From: Bacteroides sp.
GTDB lineage: Bacteria; Bacteroidota; Bacteroidia; Bacteroidales; Muribaculaceae
Assembly: GCA_014802045.1 (NCBI GenBank)
Contig: JAAVDA010000021.1
Coordinates: 30,301-94,300, forward strand
Length of the DNA: 64,000 bases
Reading direction: 5' to 3'
Each line of letters opens with the position of its first letter. The stretch's first letter is position 1. A program made the translations under genes and the position numbers. Positions 48,118 through 58,800 of this stretch are shown here, piece after piece. Under the pieces are notes generated by a model. That model was not told the origin of the DNA. It saw nothing but the letters and a program-made list of their open reading frames with translations, and ran no database searches.

Positions 48118-48489
48118 ATGATGAAAATGATGCTTATTGCCGGTGCCGGCGGGTTTGTGGGCACATGTGCGCGATTCCTGGTTGGGAAATTGGGCGCCTC
48201 GCTCTATGTGGGCTCATTTCCTTTGGGCACATTTCTTGTCAATGTGGCAGGATGCTTTATTATAGGTGTGCTCTACGGGCTGCTTGAAAAGACTCATTTG
48301 TTGACTCCTGCGACTAATGTGATGCTTATCACCGGTTTTTGCGGAGGGTTTACAACTTTCTCCACGTTTGCAAATGACGCATGGGTGCTCGGCAACCGGG
48401 GCGACTGGTCTACACTGGTGTTCTATCTCGCATCAAGCGTGATTATCGGTGTAGCGCTTGTCTGGGTTGGGCGCACACTCATCCGCTGA
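48118..48489 (+). CDS. crcB: Fluoride channel FluC/CrcB
   Basis: GGFVGTCARF, FPLGTFLVN, TGFCGGFTTFSTF; start uncertain (48112-48121). Confidence 0.92.
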   Translation: MMKMMLIAGAGGFVGTCARFLVGKLGASLYVGSFPLGTFLVNVAGCFIIGVLYGLLEKTHLLTPATNVMLITGFCGGFTTFSTFANDAWVLGNRGDWSTLVFYLASSVIIGVALVWVGRTLIR

Positions 48490-48498
48490 CAAAATCGC

Positions 48499-49269
48499 TC
48501 ATCGTGAAAGCCACGCAGCAAGCTCGGTGAGCATCTCTTTTTTCCAGGGGCAGGAGGTGAATCCCCAGCCATGGCCACCGGTTGGATAGATGTGGAGTGA
48601 GGCGGAGATATTGTTTGCGCGTAGGGCAGTGTAGTATGCAATAGAGTTTGCGGGGTCTACGGCCCGGTCATCGTCGCTAAGGAGAAGGATGGCCGGAGGT
48701 GTAGTTGGACCGACGCGTAGTTCTGATGAAAATTCACGCTCAAGGGTTTCGGGGGCGTCAGAGCCGAGAAGATTATTGTGTGAGCCCATATGTGAGAGCG
48801 TGGGGTTCATGCTGATTACGGGGTAAAACAGTATCTGGAAATCGGGGCGGGCATCGGCGGGAGCCTGTGTGGCCACAACCGAGGCGAGATGACCGCCTGC
48901 AGAGAAGCCCATTATGCCTATGTCGTCGGGGTTGATATTGAGTGAGTCGGCGTGCGAACGCATATAGCGCATGGCTTCGAATGCGTCGCCGAATGGTATC
49001 GAGCGGTCGCCGGCGGGCAGACGGTAGTCTACAACGGCCACGGCTATGCCCATGTCGTTGAACCACGGTGCCCAATCTGTGCCTTCATGCTCTTTGGCAA
49101 CCATGGCATAGCCGCCTCCGGGCAATATCACGATGGCTTTGCCGGTGGCTTTGGCCGAATCCGGAAGAAATATCTGCATTGAGGGGGAATCTACGGTGAT
49201 TGGCGTTGCGGCGTGGCCGGCGCTGAAGCTTAAAAGTGTCATGATGATTAATGTGGTAAGGTGTCTCAT
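48499..49269 (-). CDS. Secreted alpha/beta hydrolase (esterase)
   Basis: Signal peptide, PGGGY, GFSAGG nucleophile elbow, GGHGWG. Confidence 0.88.
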   Translation of the reverse strand: MRHLTTLIIMTLLSFSAGHAATPITVDSPSMQIFLPDSAKATGKAIVILPGGGYAMVAKEHEGTDWAPWFNDMGIAVAVVDYRLPAGDRSIPFGDAFEAMRYMRSHADSLNINPDDIGIMGFSAGGHLASVVATQAPADARPDFQILFYPVISMNPTLSHMGSHNNLLGSDAPETLEREFSSELRVGPTTPPAILLLSDDDRAVDPANSIAYYTALRANNISASLHIYPTGGHGWGFTSCPWKKEMLTELAAWLSR

Positions 49270-50852
49270 AATCCGATTTTTTTAATGTCGTCTTCAAATG
49301 TGTCGCGCGACAGGGCTCGCGAACGCATTCGGTTGCGGTAGGTGTAGATGGTGTTGACCGACACTGAAAGAATCCGTGCTATCTGTGCGCTTTCATCGAA
49401 ACCTATTTTCATGAACGCGAGAATACGGAGCTCTGTAGTGAGAGTTCCCGGAGCGGGGGTGCTCACCTGCTTGTCGGGAAGCAGGAGCTTGTTTAGCTGT
49501 TCGAGAAACTTAGGATAGGCATGACAAAAGGCACTGTCGAATATCTCATAGAAACGTTTGGTCTGCTCGTCGAGCATATCGCCCGAGTTGATCATTTTGT
49601 AGAGGTCGTCTGCCTGATTCATCTTTATCTTGCGCCGGGCCGTGAGAGTGAAGTTTTCGAGAGTTTCTATGTAGACGGCACAAAGTTTGAGAAAACGATT
49701 GAAATACAACTGTTGCTTCTCGTCGGCGGCACTAATCTGTGCCCTCAGCTCGCAAGCCTCTATGCGCGCTCTCCGCAGGCTGATGTAGAGCCACACTCCA
49801 CCGGCAATCACACAAAGGAGCAGAACCACAAGCAGTGTGGTGCCTACGGAGTTGACGGTAGAGGCTTTTCTGTAGTTGTCGACCACTACGGGCGATATCT
49901 CTGCGGTCTGTAGGGTTCTGACGCGCCACCCCGACTGGCGTGCATTTTCAAGAGCCACTTCAAGCACCGCGTGACCCCGCGATGTGTCTCCCCGCTTCAG
50001 GAGTTCATGGGCAAGTGTATAGGCCGATTCGCCGGAGCGGCATCCTGTGGTGAGCTCGGCTATGAGTGCCCGGGCCAGGCAGCCTAAAGCAGCGTCTGTG
50101 TCGCCACGGTCAAGGTGGATAAAGCCGAGAGCCTGCTCGGAGAGTGGGTAGTATATGTTGGTGGGGTCTCGATGGTCGAGAAGCTCCTTGAAGGTGGCTT
50201 CTGCAAGGGTGGATCTGCCGTCCACTGACGAGATGAGGGCGCTCATATAGCGGGTTGTGTCACTGTTGTAGGGGGCATTGCGCAGATATTGTTCTGTGAG
50301 AGTGCGTCCTTTGGCTGTCATCATTTCATGCTGGGGTCCTGAGGGGTAGAAGCAGGAGGCCACGAAATATAGTCTGGTGCCGGAGGTGAGATACATCAGC
50401 CGGTCATCAAGCTCCATCCCAGCGGTGTCGACAGCCGCATACCTTACCATGGCTTCGGTGAGCTGCCCCTGCGAAGGCAGATATCCGCACACGGCGGCCT
50501 CATAACGTCTGGCTTTCGACGACAGGCCGGATTCTGCGGCAAGGTCTCTTGCGAGCTCTCCGTAAAAGACTGCCGAATCGACCTGGAAGTCGATATAGCG
50601 TTGGGATAGCTTTTCAAGAATGTGGAGTCTGTCTATAGTGTTGTCTGATGCTGCGAGTTCTCTTTTGAGAGAGTCGTCTATGGCAGTCCGGCGGTTGGTG
50701 AATTCCTCACGGTGGGCTATAGCGAAGTCGAGTTGCTTGAATATAGGGCGAAGCCGGGGGTGAAGTTCGTCGGGTTGTGCAGCCGAAATTAGAGAAGGCG
50801 TAATAAGGATTACGGAGCTAAGTATTATGTGTAGAAGTTTGTGAAAGGGCAT
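49266..50852 (-). CDS. SusR-like (DUF6377-type) membrane-spanning transcriptional regulator
   Basis: Signal peptide, TPR-like periplasmic region, TM helix, C-terminal LTTELRILAF...SVNTIYTYRNRMR HTH. Confidence 0.82.
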   Translation of the reverse strand: MPFHKLLHIILSSVILITPSLISAAQPDELHPRLRPIFKQLDFAIAHREEFTNRRTAIDDSLKRELAASDNTIDRLHILEKLSQRYIDFQVDSAVFYGELARDLAAESGLSSKARRYEAAVCGYLPSQGQLTEAMVRYAAVDTAGMELDDRLMYLTSGTRLYFVASCFYPSGPQHEMMTAKGRTLTEQYLRNAPYNSDTTRYMSALISSVDGRSTLAEATFKELLDHRDPTNIYYPLSEQALGFIHLDRGDTDAALGCLARALIAELTTGCRSGESAYTLAHELLKRGDTSRGHAVLEVALENARQSGWRVRTLQTAEISPVVVDNYRKASTVNSVGTTLLVVLLLCVIAGGVWLYISLRRARIEACELRAQISAADEKQQLYFNRFLKLCAVYIETLENFTLTARRKIKMNQADDLYKMINSGDMLDEQTKRFYEIFDSAFCHAYPKFLEQLNKLLLPDKQVSTPAPGTLTTELRILAFMKIGFDESAQIARILSVSVNTIYTYRNRMRSRALSRDTFEDDIKKIGL

Positions 50853-51272
50853 TGTTTTTTGGGGTGGGAAGGGGCGATGAATCTTCTCCTGACAAAAGTA
50901 GTGTTTTAATTCATCCCCTACCCGTTTTCATGATAAAAAATGCTTCGAAGGGTAGTATTTTCATGGCTTTGTGTCTATATTGTAACAAACAACGGTTTTT
51001 ACGCGCGGTTGTGCAATCTGTTGTGGTTCAGTGGGGATATGCTCTGCAGCTCTAAAATCAGCATCTATATTTTATATATACTCTTGCCAATTGCCATCAG
51101 GTGATGTATTTTTGCACTATGAAAATGCTTCGGCCTCGTGGTGGGCATCTCCATTGGGGGCACCGGACGTCCGATGGCATCATGGTATCGAATATTGATT
51201 TTTAAGAAGTGCATAATAGTAATGTGTTTTATGTTAGGTTTGGCAGCCTGACTCATAAGAAATCAGGCTATG

Positions 51273-51305
51273 AATAAGCCGCACCGGGAGGTGCGGCTTA
51301 TTTAT
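51273..51305. terminator. Strong, possibly bidirectional terminator
   Basis: AATAAGCCGCACC-GGGA-GGTGCGGCTTATT. Confidence 0.75.
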
Positions 51306-51351
51306 TGGGCAGGAGTTTGAAGAGTGTGTGCGGGCGGGTGGCGGATTCGGT

Positions 51352-52038
51352 TCAGTCAGACGCCGTGGTGAGCATTTCGAGCAGTCCACTGCGTGAGGTG
51401 ATGCGTATTTCGTTGGTGTCGTATTCTATGAGCCCCCGTTCTTTCATCCGCTCAAGGGTGGCAATAAACGATGTGCGTTGCACCCCGAAGAGCGCATAGA
51501 GGTCGCGCTGACGGCAGGTGAGTGTGATGTCTATACCGCTCCTCTGAGTCAAGGCTATAATCCAGAATGCTATTCGCTCTTCCAGAGAGCCGGCGGCCAC
51601 TGCAAGCACCCCCTCGATGGCTTTCTGGGCATTCATAGACAGGGTGTTGAGAAAGTTGAACAGAAATACGGGGTCGGAATTGAGTATGTTCACATAGTCT
51701 GCCTTTGATATCTGAAGCAATCCGGCGGGTTCGATGGCATTGACGTTGCAGGGGTATTGCGTGGCTCGGCCAAACAGGAAGTCGGGTGCTATCACATCGG
51801 GAGCCTTAAGTGTCTGCGACACCTTGAATCTCCCGTCGGCATTAGACATGGTTACTCTCACGCTTCCCGAAATGATAAACTGGATATGGGTACACGCGTC
51901 GCCCGCAGTGATAATTCGTTCCCCCTCAAGATATTTGAGGAAGTGGAATTTTGCGGTGCCTATCACCTCCGACAGGCGTTCATAGCTCACCCCGTTAAAG
52001 AGGGGTAAGCCCATCAGGATTTCATACATGCTGTCCAT
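51352..52038 (-). CDS. Crp/Fnr-family transcriptional regulator
   Basis: cNMP-binding fold (IITAGDAC...IISGSV), C-terminal HTH LFGVQRTSFIATL. Confidence 0.85.
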   Translation of the reverse strand: MDSMYEILMGLPLFNGVSYERLSEVIGTAKFHFLKYLEGERIITAGDACTHIQFIISGSVRVTMSNADGRFKVSQTLKAPDVIAPDFLFGRATQYPCNVNAIEPAGLLQISKADYVNILNSDPVFLFNFLNTLSMNAQKAIEGVLAVAAGSLEERIAFWIIALTQRSGIDITLTCRQRDLYALFGVQRTSFIATLERMKERGLIEYDTNEIRITSRSGLLEMLTTASD

Positions 52039-52066
52039 ATCTTTCGTTTTTATTGGAATTAACAAT

Positions 52067-53011
52067 TTAGCAGTGAGAATGTTTCCTCTCATTGTCGGCT
52101 GAGGGTTTCCGCGCTTGTTTCTGCCGGCGGTAAATCTGCCATGAGTTTATGGTGTTTTGCCACGCCACATAAGCCGCCGGCCCGACCGACGACACCGGAT
52201 TGAGCCATGTGAGAGCCATCCAGATGGCGAGCACCGTGTTTTTCTGCCCTAAACTCTGAGCTCCGGCAATCTTATCGCCGCAGCGGGCTCCGATGCGGCG
52301 TCCGATATAGAATTGAGCCACGCATACCACTCCCGCGCACATGGCTATCGCCACCATCTCTCCGGCGCGGTCGGCCGGTTCGCTGATTACGAAGCTCACC
52401 GCTCGTCCCACCACGATAAAGAGCGAAACTGCCCAGATGGCAAACGACCAGGACTGCTTACGGGCCACTGTGCGGTGGGCCGCAGGCCACACCCACCTCA
52501 GGACCATAGCCGTGATTAGCGGAGCTATTATCAGCGGAATCACCCTCGATGCTGTAGTGGCGGCGGCCGAAAGAAAATCTATCTCCCTGCTGCCCATCAT
52601 AGTGAAAAGTCCAGGAGCGGTTGCCGCCACGGCAAGATTGCTCAATATAGAGTAGGTGGCTACACGGCTAATGCTTCCGCCAAGCATCCCCGTGACCACC
52701 GGAGCGGCGGTTGCAGTGGGGCAGAACACACAGATGAATGTGCCCTGCGCCAAATCTTCATTTATCGGCATCAACGCCAGATAGACAGCTATTCCGCCAA
52801 TCATCTGCACTCCGAGCAGCCTCCATGACAGGGCGGTGAAGCGCAATTCTTTCGGCTCTACTCTGCAAAACGTGATAAAGAGCATTATGAAAATCAGCCA
52901 TGGCGCCAAGGGCTCCAATGCAGCCATCCGGTCATGCAGAATCAGTCCGCCTGCCATAGAGGCGGGAAGAATCCAGGGTTTTATTCTTGCGGTGATAGCC
53001 GATGCGGTCAT
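52067..53011 (-). CDS. Bile acid:Na+ symporter-family transporter
   Basis: Multiple TM helices, CPTATAAPVVTGMLGG, QSLGQKNTVLAIW. Confidence 0.82.
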   Translation of the reverse strand: MTASAITARIKPWILPASMAGGLILHDRMAALEPLAPWLIFIMLFITFCRVEPKELRFTALSWRLLGVQMIGGIAVYLALMPINEDLAQGTFICVFCPTATAAPVVTGMLGGSISRVATYSILSNLAVAATAPGLFTMMGSREIDFLSAAATTASRVIPLIIAPLITAMVLRWVWPAAHRTVARKQSWSFAIWAVSLFIVVGRAVSFVISEPADRAGEMVAIAMCAGVVCVAQFYIGRRIGARCGDKIAGAQSLGQKNTVLAIWMALTWLNPVSSVGPAAYVAWQNTINSWQIYRRQKQARKPSADNERKHSHC

Positions 53012-53407
53012 AGGTTATGAGATATGTTTATGTATGTGGGGAAGAGAGAATGTCTAAGGTCTGACCCTTAGGTTCGGTTTATCCCGCAAATCTACAAATT
53101 TTAATTATATCAAGGTGATGCCTCTTTGATTCGTTAACATAATTTATGTTGTGTATATGGCGAGATATTTTGTGGGAATCTATCCCATATGTGTTAATAG
53201 TGTTTGTTATGAGGAAAATAGTAGTAATCAATCAGTTAACAAATATTAACCGGGGGGGGGTAGAAATATTCAAACTTTAGGGTCGGATAGGCTTTATTTT
53301 CAAAAAAAATGATTAATTTTGCGCACGCTACGACTCTAAAGATGATCTTGTGATTCCTTTGAGCCTTGGAGATACACAGTAAAAAATAACAGATATCAGA
53401 TATAGTA

Positions 53408-53998
53408 ATGATTAACTCACTCAAACACAGCGTCCTTGCTTGTGCCATTATCTTAATCTCGGCAATTTCCGCAAGCGCTCAGGACTGGGCTGTAAAGACC
53501 AATCTTCTTTACGATGCCACTCTAACCGTCAATGCGGGAGTAGAACATCGCTTCGCACCCAGATGGTCAGTGGATGTTTCAGGAAACTTCAATGCGTGGA
53601 CTGTCAACGAACATAAGTGGAAGCACTGGATGGTGCAGCCCGAAGCCCGCTATTGGTTTTGCGAGGCCATTCAAGGTCACTTCGTGGGCGCCCACCTTCT
53701 CGGCGGACAGTATAACGTAGGTAATATCGACCTCCCCTTCAAGATGCTCGGCACCAACTTCCGCAATCTTCGCGACCACCGCTATCAGGGATGGTATGGC
53801 GGCCTCGGAGTGGCCTACGGATATTCGTGGATCATCAACCGCCACTGGAACTTCGAAGCCGAAATCGGGTTCGGATGGGTCTACACTCGCTACGACATCT
53901 ATCCCTGCACCCATTGCGGCACTAAAATAGCTGAAAAGCACCCCCACAACTACGTAGGCCCCACTAAAGCTGCTCTCAACCTCGTCTACGTGTTCTGA
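53408..53998 (+). CDS. DUF3575-type outer membrane beta-barrel (fimbrial locus)
   Basis: AVKTNLLYDA, HWMVQPEARYWFC, YVGPTKAALNLVYVF. Confidence 0.88.
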   Translation: MINSLKHSVLACAIILISAISASAQDWAVKTNLLYDATLTVNAGVEHRFAPRWSVDVSGNFNAWTVNEHKWKHWMVQPEARYWFCEAIQGHFVGAHLLGGQYNVGNIDLPFKMLGTNFRNLRDHRYQGWYGGLGVAYGYSWIINRHWNFEAEIGFGWVYTRYDIYPCTHCGTKIAEKHPHNYVGPTKAALNLVYVF

Positions 53999-54032
53999 AC
54001 CTCTCTCATCCATCCATTCAACGCTTACACAG

Positions 54033-55487
54033 ATGAAAAATATAATAGCAATACTCTGTATGCTGCTCGGCGCGGTTGTTCCCGCCGCTGCATCGGCATA
54101 TTCAGCCTCGATCCACGCATCAGATACCCGCACACGTCTCAACGCTTCCGCAACCAATCTCGCGGTTGAACGCTCTGAAAACTATCTCTTCGTAAAAACC
54201 GACATCAACATCGACTCCGTGAGCCGTGGCACCAACCGCGAGCTCTGGATTGAGCCTGTCGTTGTAGGAAACGGCCGGGAATTCAAATTGCCTGTGGTGG
54301 TGATGGCCGGACGCAACCGTTTCTTTCAGGCCGAGCGTCATGACCTTGCCGTGAAAGAAAACCTCACCCTCCTGCGCGACAACTATAAAGATAAGGTCTA
54401 CACATATACCGCCTCCGTGCCCTACGAGTCATGGATGCAAGGAGCCGACCTCAATCTTGTGCTGGAACTCAGAGGCTGCTGCTCCGACTCTATCGACCGG
54501 CAGGAGATTATTCTCACCCGTGTCAATACCGAGCCCCCGGTAGAGAAATTCTTCCCCGCCTACAATTGGATTACACCTCAGGCTGAGGCTGTGAAGACTC
54601 GCGAACTCCGCGGACAGGCTTATATAGACTTCCCCGTCAATAAGACGGTGATCTATCCGGAGTATCGTCGCAACACTGTCGAGCTTGCCAAAATCCGCGC
54701 TACTATCGACTCTGTTCATAAAGACCCCGATATCACCATCACAGCCCTCTCTATCAAGGGTTATGCATCGCCCGAAGGACCCTGGAACAACAATGTGCGC
54801 CTCGCAAAAGGCCGCACTGCCGCCCTCAAAGACTATGTGGAGCAGCTCTATAGCTTCAAGCCCGGATTTATCACCACATCCTACGATCCCGAAGACTGGG
54901 ACGGACTCCGCACCTATGTTGAAAACAGCGCTATCGCCAACCGTGAAGGGATCCTCTCCATTATCGACTCCTCTCTTGAGCCTGACGCCAAGGATGCTAA
55001 AATCAAGTCTACTTATCCTCAGCAATATGCATTCCTCCTTGCCGAGGTTTATCCCGCTCTCCGCCATTCAGACTATCGCATCGAATATAATATCCGCTCC
55101 TACACCGACGTCAACGAGATTCTCACCCTCGTCAAGACCCGTCCGCAGAATCTCTCTCTTCAGGAGTTTTTCCTCGCAGCCCAGAGCGTAGAGCCCGGCA
55201 CACCTATATATAATGATATCTTCGAGACTGCCGTAAGGATGTATCCCGACAGCGAGGTCGCCAACCTCAATGCCGCCAACGTAGCCATGGCTCGCGAAGA
55301 CTATGCCAAGGCTGAGCGCTATATCGCCAAAGCCGGCGACACTCCCGAGGCAATCTATTCCGGCGGTATTCTCGCAGCTCTCAGAGGAGACTATGCCAAG
55401 GCCCGCGAGCTCTTCCAGGCTGCCGCCCGCCTCAAGGTGGCCGACGCACCGGCCGCTCTCCAGCAGCTCGACGAGATGGGCAAATAA
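54033..55487 (+). CDS. DUF3868/OmpA-like protein with C-terminal TPR (fimbrial assembly-associated)
   Basis: IDFPVNKTVIYPEYRRN, KGYASPEG, EDWDGLR, YPALR, ANLNAA. Confidence 0.85.
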   Translation: MKNIIAILCMLLGAVVPAAASAYSASIHASDTRTRLNASATNLAVERSENYLFVKTDINIDSVSRGTNRELWIEPVVVGNGREFKLPVVVMAGRNRFFQAERHDLAVKENLTLLRDNYKDKVYTYTASVPYESWMQGADLNLVLELRGCCSDSIDRQEIILTRVNTEPPVEKFFPAYNWITPQAEAVKTRELRGQAYIDFPVNKTVIYPEYRRNTVELAKIRATIDSVHKDPDITITALSIKGYASPEGPWNNNVRLAKGRTAALKDYVEQLYSFKPGFITTSYDPEDWDGLRTYVENSAIANREGILSIIDSSLEPDAKDAKIKSTYPQQYAFLLAEVYPALRHSDYRIEYNIRSYTDVNEILTLVKTRPQNLSLQEFFLAAQSVEPGTPIYNDIFETAVRMYPDSEVANLNAANVAMAREDYAKAERYIAKAGDTPEAIYSGGILAALRGDYAKARELFQAAARLKVADAPAALQQLDEMGK

Positions 55488-55528
55488 CATGTATGCTACT
55501 TCTTTTGAAAATAAAAACATATACACAC

Positions 55529-57748
55529 ATGAAAATATTCAAATCAGCCTTTTTCGGTCTAATGGCCGCGATGGCGCTTGCAGGATGCTCGTCTGAAATC
55601 CTGCCCGACGAGCCCGAAATCAACCCCGGGAGCGAGGAAGACGGCGTATATATGTCGTTTGATATATTTATGCCGGACGGAATGGGTGCTTCCCGAAGTG
55701 AAACGACTGAAGACGGCGGCTCTACAGGCGGAATAGAGGTCGGATCTGATAATGAAAATGCTGTGGGTTCTATGCTGATTGTTCTTGCCCGCCAGAGCGA
55801 CAACGGATTTATCGCCGCCGGTGAGGTGCAGTCCAACCGCATAACCTCCCTCGTTGTAGATGGTAAACCCCAATACACCGGTCTCACACGCGTGAGTCTC
55901 ACCAACCTCAATCAGTTCTACGAAGAGCTTGGTGAGGGTCAGGTGCCTACAGTAAATGTATTCGTGTTCTGCAATCCGACAAAGGCACTTGTCACTGATC
56001 TGAGCCGTAGGGCTGTGGGCGATAAGGCATGGCTCAATCTCACCTGCAGTGTGATTCAGGGCTTTTCAGACAGACCGAATAGCAATATCGGCATCTGGGC
56101 TCCCGGATCGTTCCTCATGAACAGTGTCGGAACAGGCCGAGGCAATAACATGTCTGTTCGTGCCCTCCCCAACACCTATGCCGATTGGGAAGCATTCAGC
56201 AAGGCTGAAAATCCTTTCCATCTCTCTGATGCAAATGCCACAGAAGAAAATCCCACCCTGCCCGACAACTCTGCCGATGCCGGACGTGGCGTCATAAGAG
56301 TGCAGCGCTCGGTGGCTCGCCTCGACTTCAAAGACGGTAGCCCCACAAAAGACCAGACCTACGAGGTGCTCTATCAGTATATCAACGGTCAGGCAGCCAC
56401 TACCAATCCTCTTGTCAACGTGAAGCTCCTCCGCATGTGTCTTGTCAATATGAGCAATCGGTTCTATTATCTTCCCCGCGCAAGTAAAGACGGACAGCTC
56501 ACCGGAGAAAACTACTCTCTTCTGGGCCGGGAGATCCCTTGGACCTACGACCCCACTACTTCACGATATGATCAGGGTAACTATCTGGTAGGTCCCTACG
56601 CTCCGCAGTTTGCAGCTGAAGAAGCTATTGAAACCGGTTTCACCGAATATTTCAACTATCCCTTCTTTGACGACAACGGCACATTCAACCACGACATTGC
56701 AGTAACCTCCCAATGGGATGTCTATGATATCGAGACTGTGCTTAAAGGCCAGACAAAAGATAACTACAACAATAAGAACGAGTATACCGTATGGCGATAT
56801 GTCACTGAGAATCTCATCCCCTATCCCCGTACCAATCAGGTAAACGGCATTTCGACCGGCATCGTGTTCAAAGCTCGTCTTCTGGGCACTCAGTTTGCGC
56901 TCGACGGAAAAGCAGTTGAAGAGAAATGGGAAGAAGATATCTATGCCAATCTGGCCCGCTGTCTCAACGGACAGCCTTTCCAGCTTCGCCGCAAGGATCA
57001 CCCCGCAATCACCGGTGTTGATGCTCCGGGCGAAGCTTCCGACCCGATTCTCTATTACATTGACGGACGCCTCTACTTCACATGGGAGCACATCCGTCAG
57101 GCTGCAATTCAAGCAGCGGTGACAATCAGCAACAACGGCGACGTGCAGATCAACCGCTCCAACAATCTCTATCGTGCAGTGTTTGGCGACGGACCTATCC
57201 CTGCCGGCAATGTTTACCTCAACGGAAGCACTTTAGAAGACACCCCGGTAAGATTCACCGACCCCCGCTGGGATGCGAACCCCGAATCCGCTCAATATAA
57301 GCTCTACATGCAGAGCGCCGACTATGCCTGGACTCAATGGCACGATGCCGGTGAATATGTGGCTCCTATCGGTCAGGGTGATCCTGAGAAACTCAAGCCC
57401 CTCGAAGAGATGCGTGCCGCCATTACCGCTGCCGGAATCGCTATCTACCAGTCTTCGCTTGACGAAAACGGTCAGAATCCCGGCTACTACTGCTATTATT
57501 ACTATTGGAACCGTCATAACGACAACGGTCTCAATGGTGTGATGGGTCCGATGGAATTTGACGTCGTGCGCAATAATGTCTACAAACTCTCCGTTGACAA
57601 GATCGCACGCCTCGGCCATCCCCGTATTCCTGAAAATGACCCCGAACCCCCAACTCCTTCCACTCCCGACGAAGTTGCCAACGTATATCTTGACGTAAAT
57701 GTAGAAATCGTTCCTTGGGCTGTTCGCATCAACTCTATTAATTTCTAA
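55529..57748 (+). CDS. Type V pilus major subunit (Mfa1/FimA-like lipoprotein)
   Basis: Lipobox LAGC, GASR|S putative maturation site, RSVARLDF, YCYYYYWNRHNDNG, VVRNNVYKLSV, C-terminal donor strand VEIVPWAVRINSINF. Confidence 0.9.
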   Translation: MKIFKSAFFGLMAAMALAGCSSEILPDEPEINPGSEEDGVYMSFDIFMPDGMGASRSETTEDGGSTGGIEVGSDNENAVGSMLIVLARQSDNGFIAAGEVQSNRITSLVVDGKPQYTGLTRVSLTNLNQFYEELGEGQVPTVNVFVFCNPTKALVTDLSRRAVGDKAWLNLTCSVIQGFSDRPNSNIGIWAPGSFLMNSVGTGRGNNMSVRALPNTYADWEAFSKAENPFHLSDANATEENPTLPDNSADAGRGVIRVQRSVARLDFKDGSPTKDQTYEVLYQYINGQAATTNPLVNVKLLRMCLVNMSNRFYYLPRASKDGQLTGENYSLLGREIPWTYDPTTSRYDQGNYLVGPYAPQFAAEEAIETGFTEYFNYPFFDDNGTFNHDIAVTSQWDVYDIETVLKGQTKDNYNNKNEYTVWRYVTENLIPYPRTNQVNGISTGIVFKARLLGTQFALDGKAVEEKWEEDIYANLARCLNGQPFQLRRKDHPAITGVDAPGEASDPILYYIDGRLYFTWEHIRQAAIQAAVTISNNGDVQINRSNNLYRAVFGDGPIPAGNVYLNGSTLEDTPVRFTDPRWDANPESAQYKLYMQSADYAWTQWHDAGEYVAPIGQGDPEKLKPLEEMRAAITAAGIAIYQSSLDENGQNPGYYCYYYYWNRHNDNGLNGVMGPMEFDVVRNNVYKLSVDKIARLGHPRIPENDPEPPTPSTPDEVANVYLDVNVEIVPWAVRINSINF

Positions 57749-57780
57749 TCCCAACCATCCTACTATTCCCTGATTGAAAA

Positions 57781-58800
57781 ATGAACCTCTTATCTACAAA
57801 TATATATAAGTCCCTCATGGGTGCGGCTATCGCAGTCGCATCCATGACAGGGATGGCTGGTTGCGGGGCCATCAACGATGATCTCCCTCCCTGTCCGGAA
57901 GGAGTCAATCTCCGGTTCGTGTTTGATTATAACATGGAGTTTGCCAACGCTTTCCCCTCGCAGGTCGATTGTCTCACCCTCCTCGTGTACGATCAGAATG
58001 GCAACTACATCACCACCCGTACCGAAACCTCATCTGTGCTCGCCGACGAAAACTGGCGCATGACCCTCGACCTTCCAGCCGGTCAGACCTATCATTTCGT
58101 GGCCTATGGGGGCATGGAGTGTGAGAAATCAACTTTCCACTTCGTCAACACACCTTCAGCCGGTTCGACACTGACTCAGCTCGGAGTGGATATGAACGCC
58201 AACTGCATCGATGCTGATCCGGGTGTGGAACTCCACCCTCTTTTCTTCGGCGACCTTGACCTCACCGTGCCTGAAGGAGCTCTCGACTACACCGCAGGAA
58301 CCGTCTATATGATGCGCGACACCAACACTATACGCATTCTGCTCCAGAATGTAGACGGAACCCCCTGTCTCGCATCGGATTTCAGTTTCACCATCACCGA
58401 CAATAATACATCGCTTGCCTATAACAACGATGTCATCCCCACAGCCGCCGGCAACACTTATTTCCCGTATGCCACCGGTGAGGTTTCGGCCGGAACAACC
58501 GAAGAAGATGAAGATGCCGTGCTCGCATATGCCGAGTTCTCAACATCGCGTCTCATAGACGGTTCAGGCGCACGCCTCACTGTTATTGATAATCTGACCG
58601 GTAGCAATGTGCTCTCGATTCCGTTGGTCAACTATCTGCTTCTGCTCCGCAGTCAGCAGTTCTCCAAGATGGGACGTCAGGAATTCCTTGACCGTGAGCA
58701 TCGTTGGAACGTAATTCTCTTCCTTGGCAACGGCCGCTGGATTGACACCCGTATAGTAATCAACGACTGGATTGTTAGAATCAACAACGCTGACCTATGA
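57781..58800 (+). CDS. FimB/Mfa2-family anchor pilin
   Basis: MAGC lipobox, DDLPPCPEG, FDYNMEFANAF, C-terminal IVINDWIVR. Confidence 0.88.
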   Translation: MNLLSTNIYKSLMGAAIAVASMTGMAGCGAINDDLPPCPEGVNLRFVFDYNMEFANAFPSQVDCLTLLVYDQNGNYITTRTETSSVLADENWRMTLDLPAGQTYHFVAYGGMECEKSTFHFVNTPSAGSTLTQLGVDMNANCIDADPGVELHPLFFGDLDLTVPEGALDYTAGTVYMMRDTNTIRILLQNVDGTPCLASDFSFTITDNNTSLAYNNDVIPTAAGNTYFPYATGEVSAGTTEEDEDAVLAYAEFSTSRLIDGSGARLTVIDNLTGSNVLSIPLVNYLLLLRSQQFSKMGRQEFLDREHRWNVILFLGNGRWIDTRIVINDWIVRINNADL

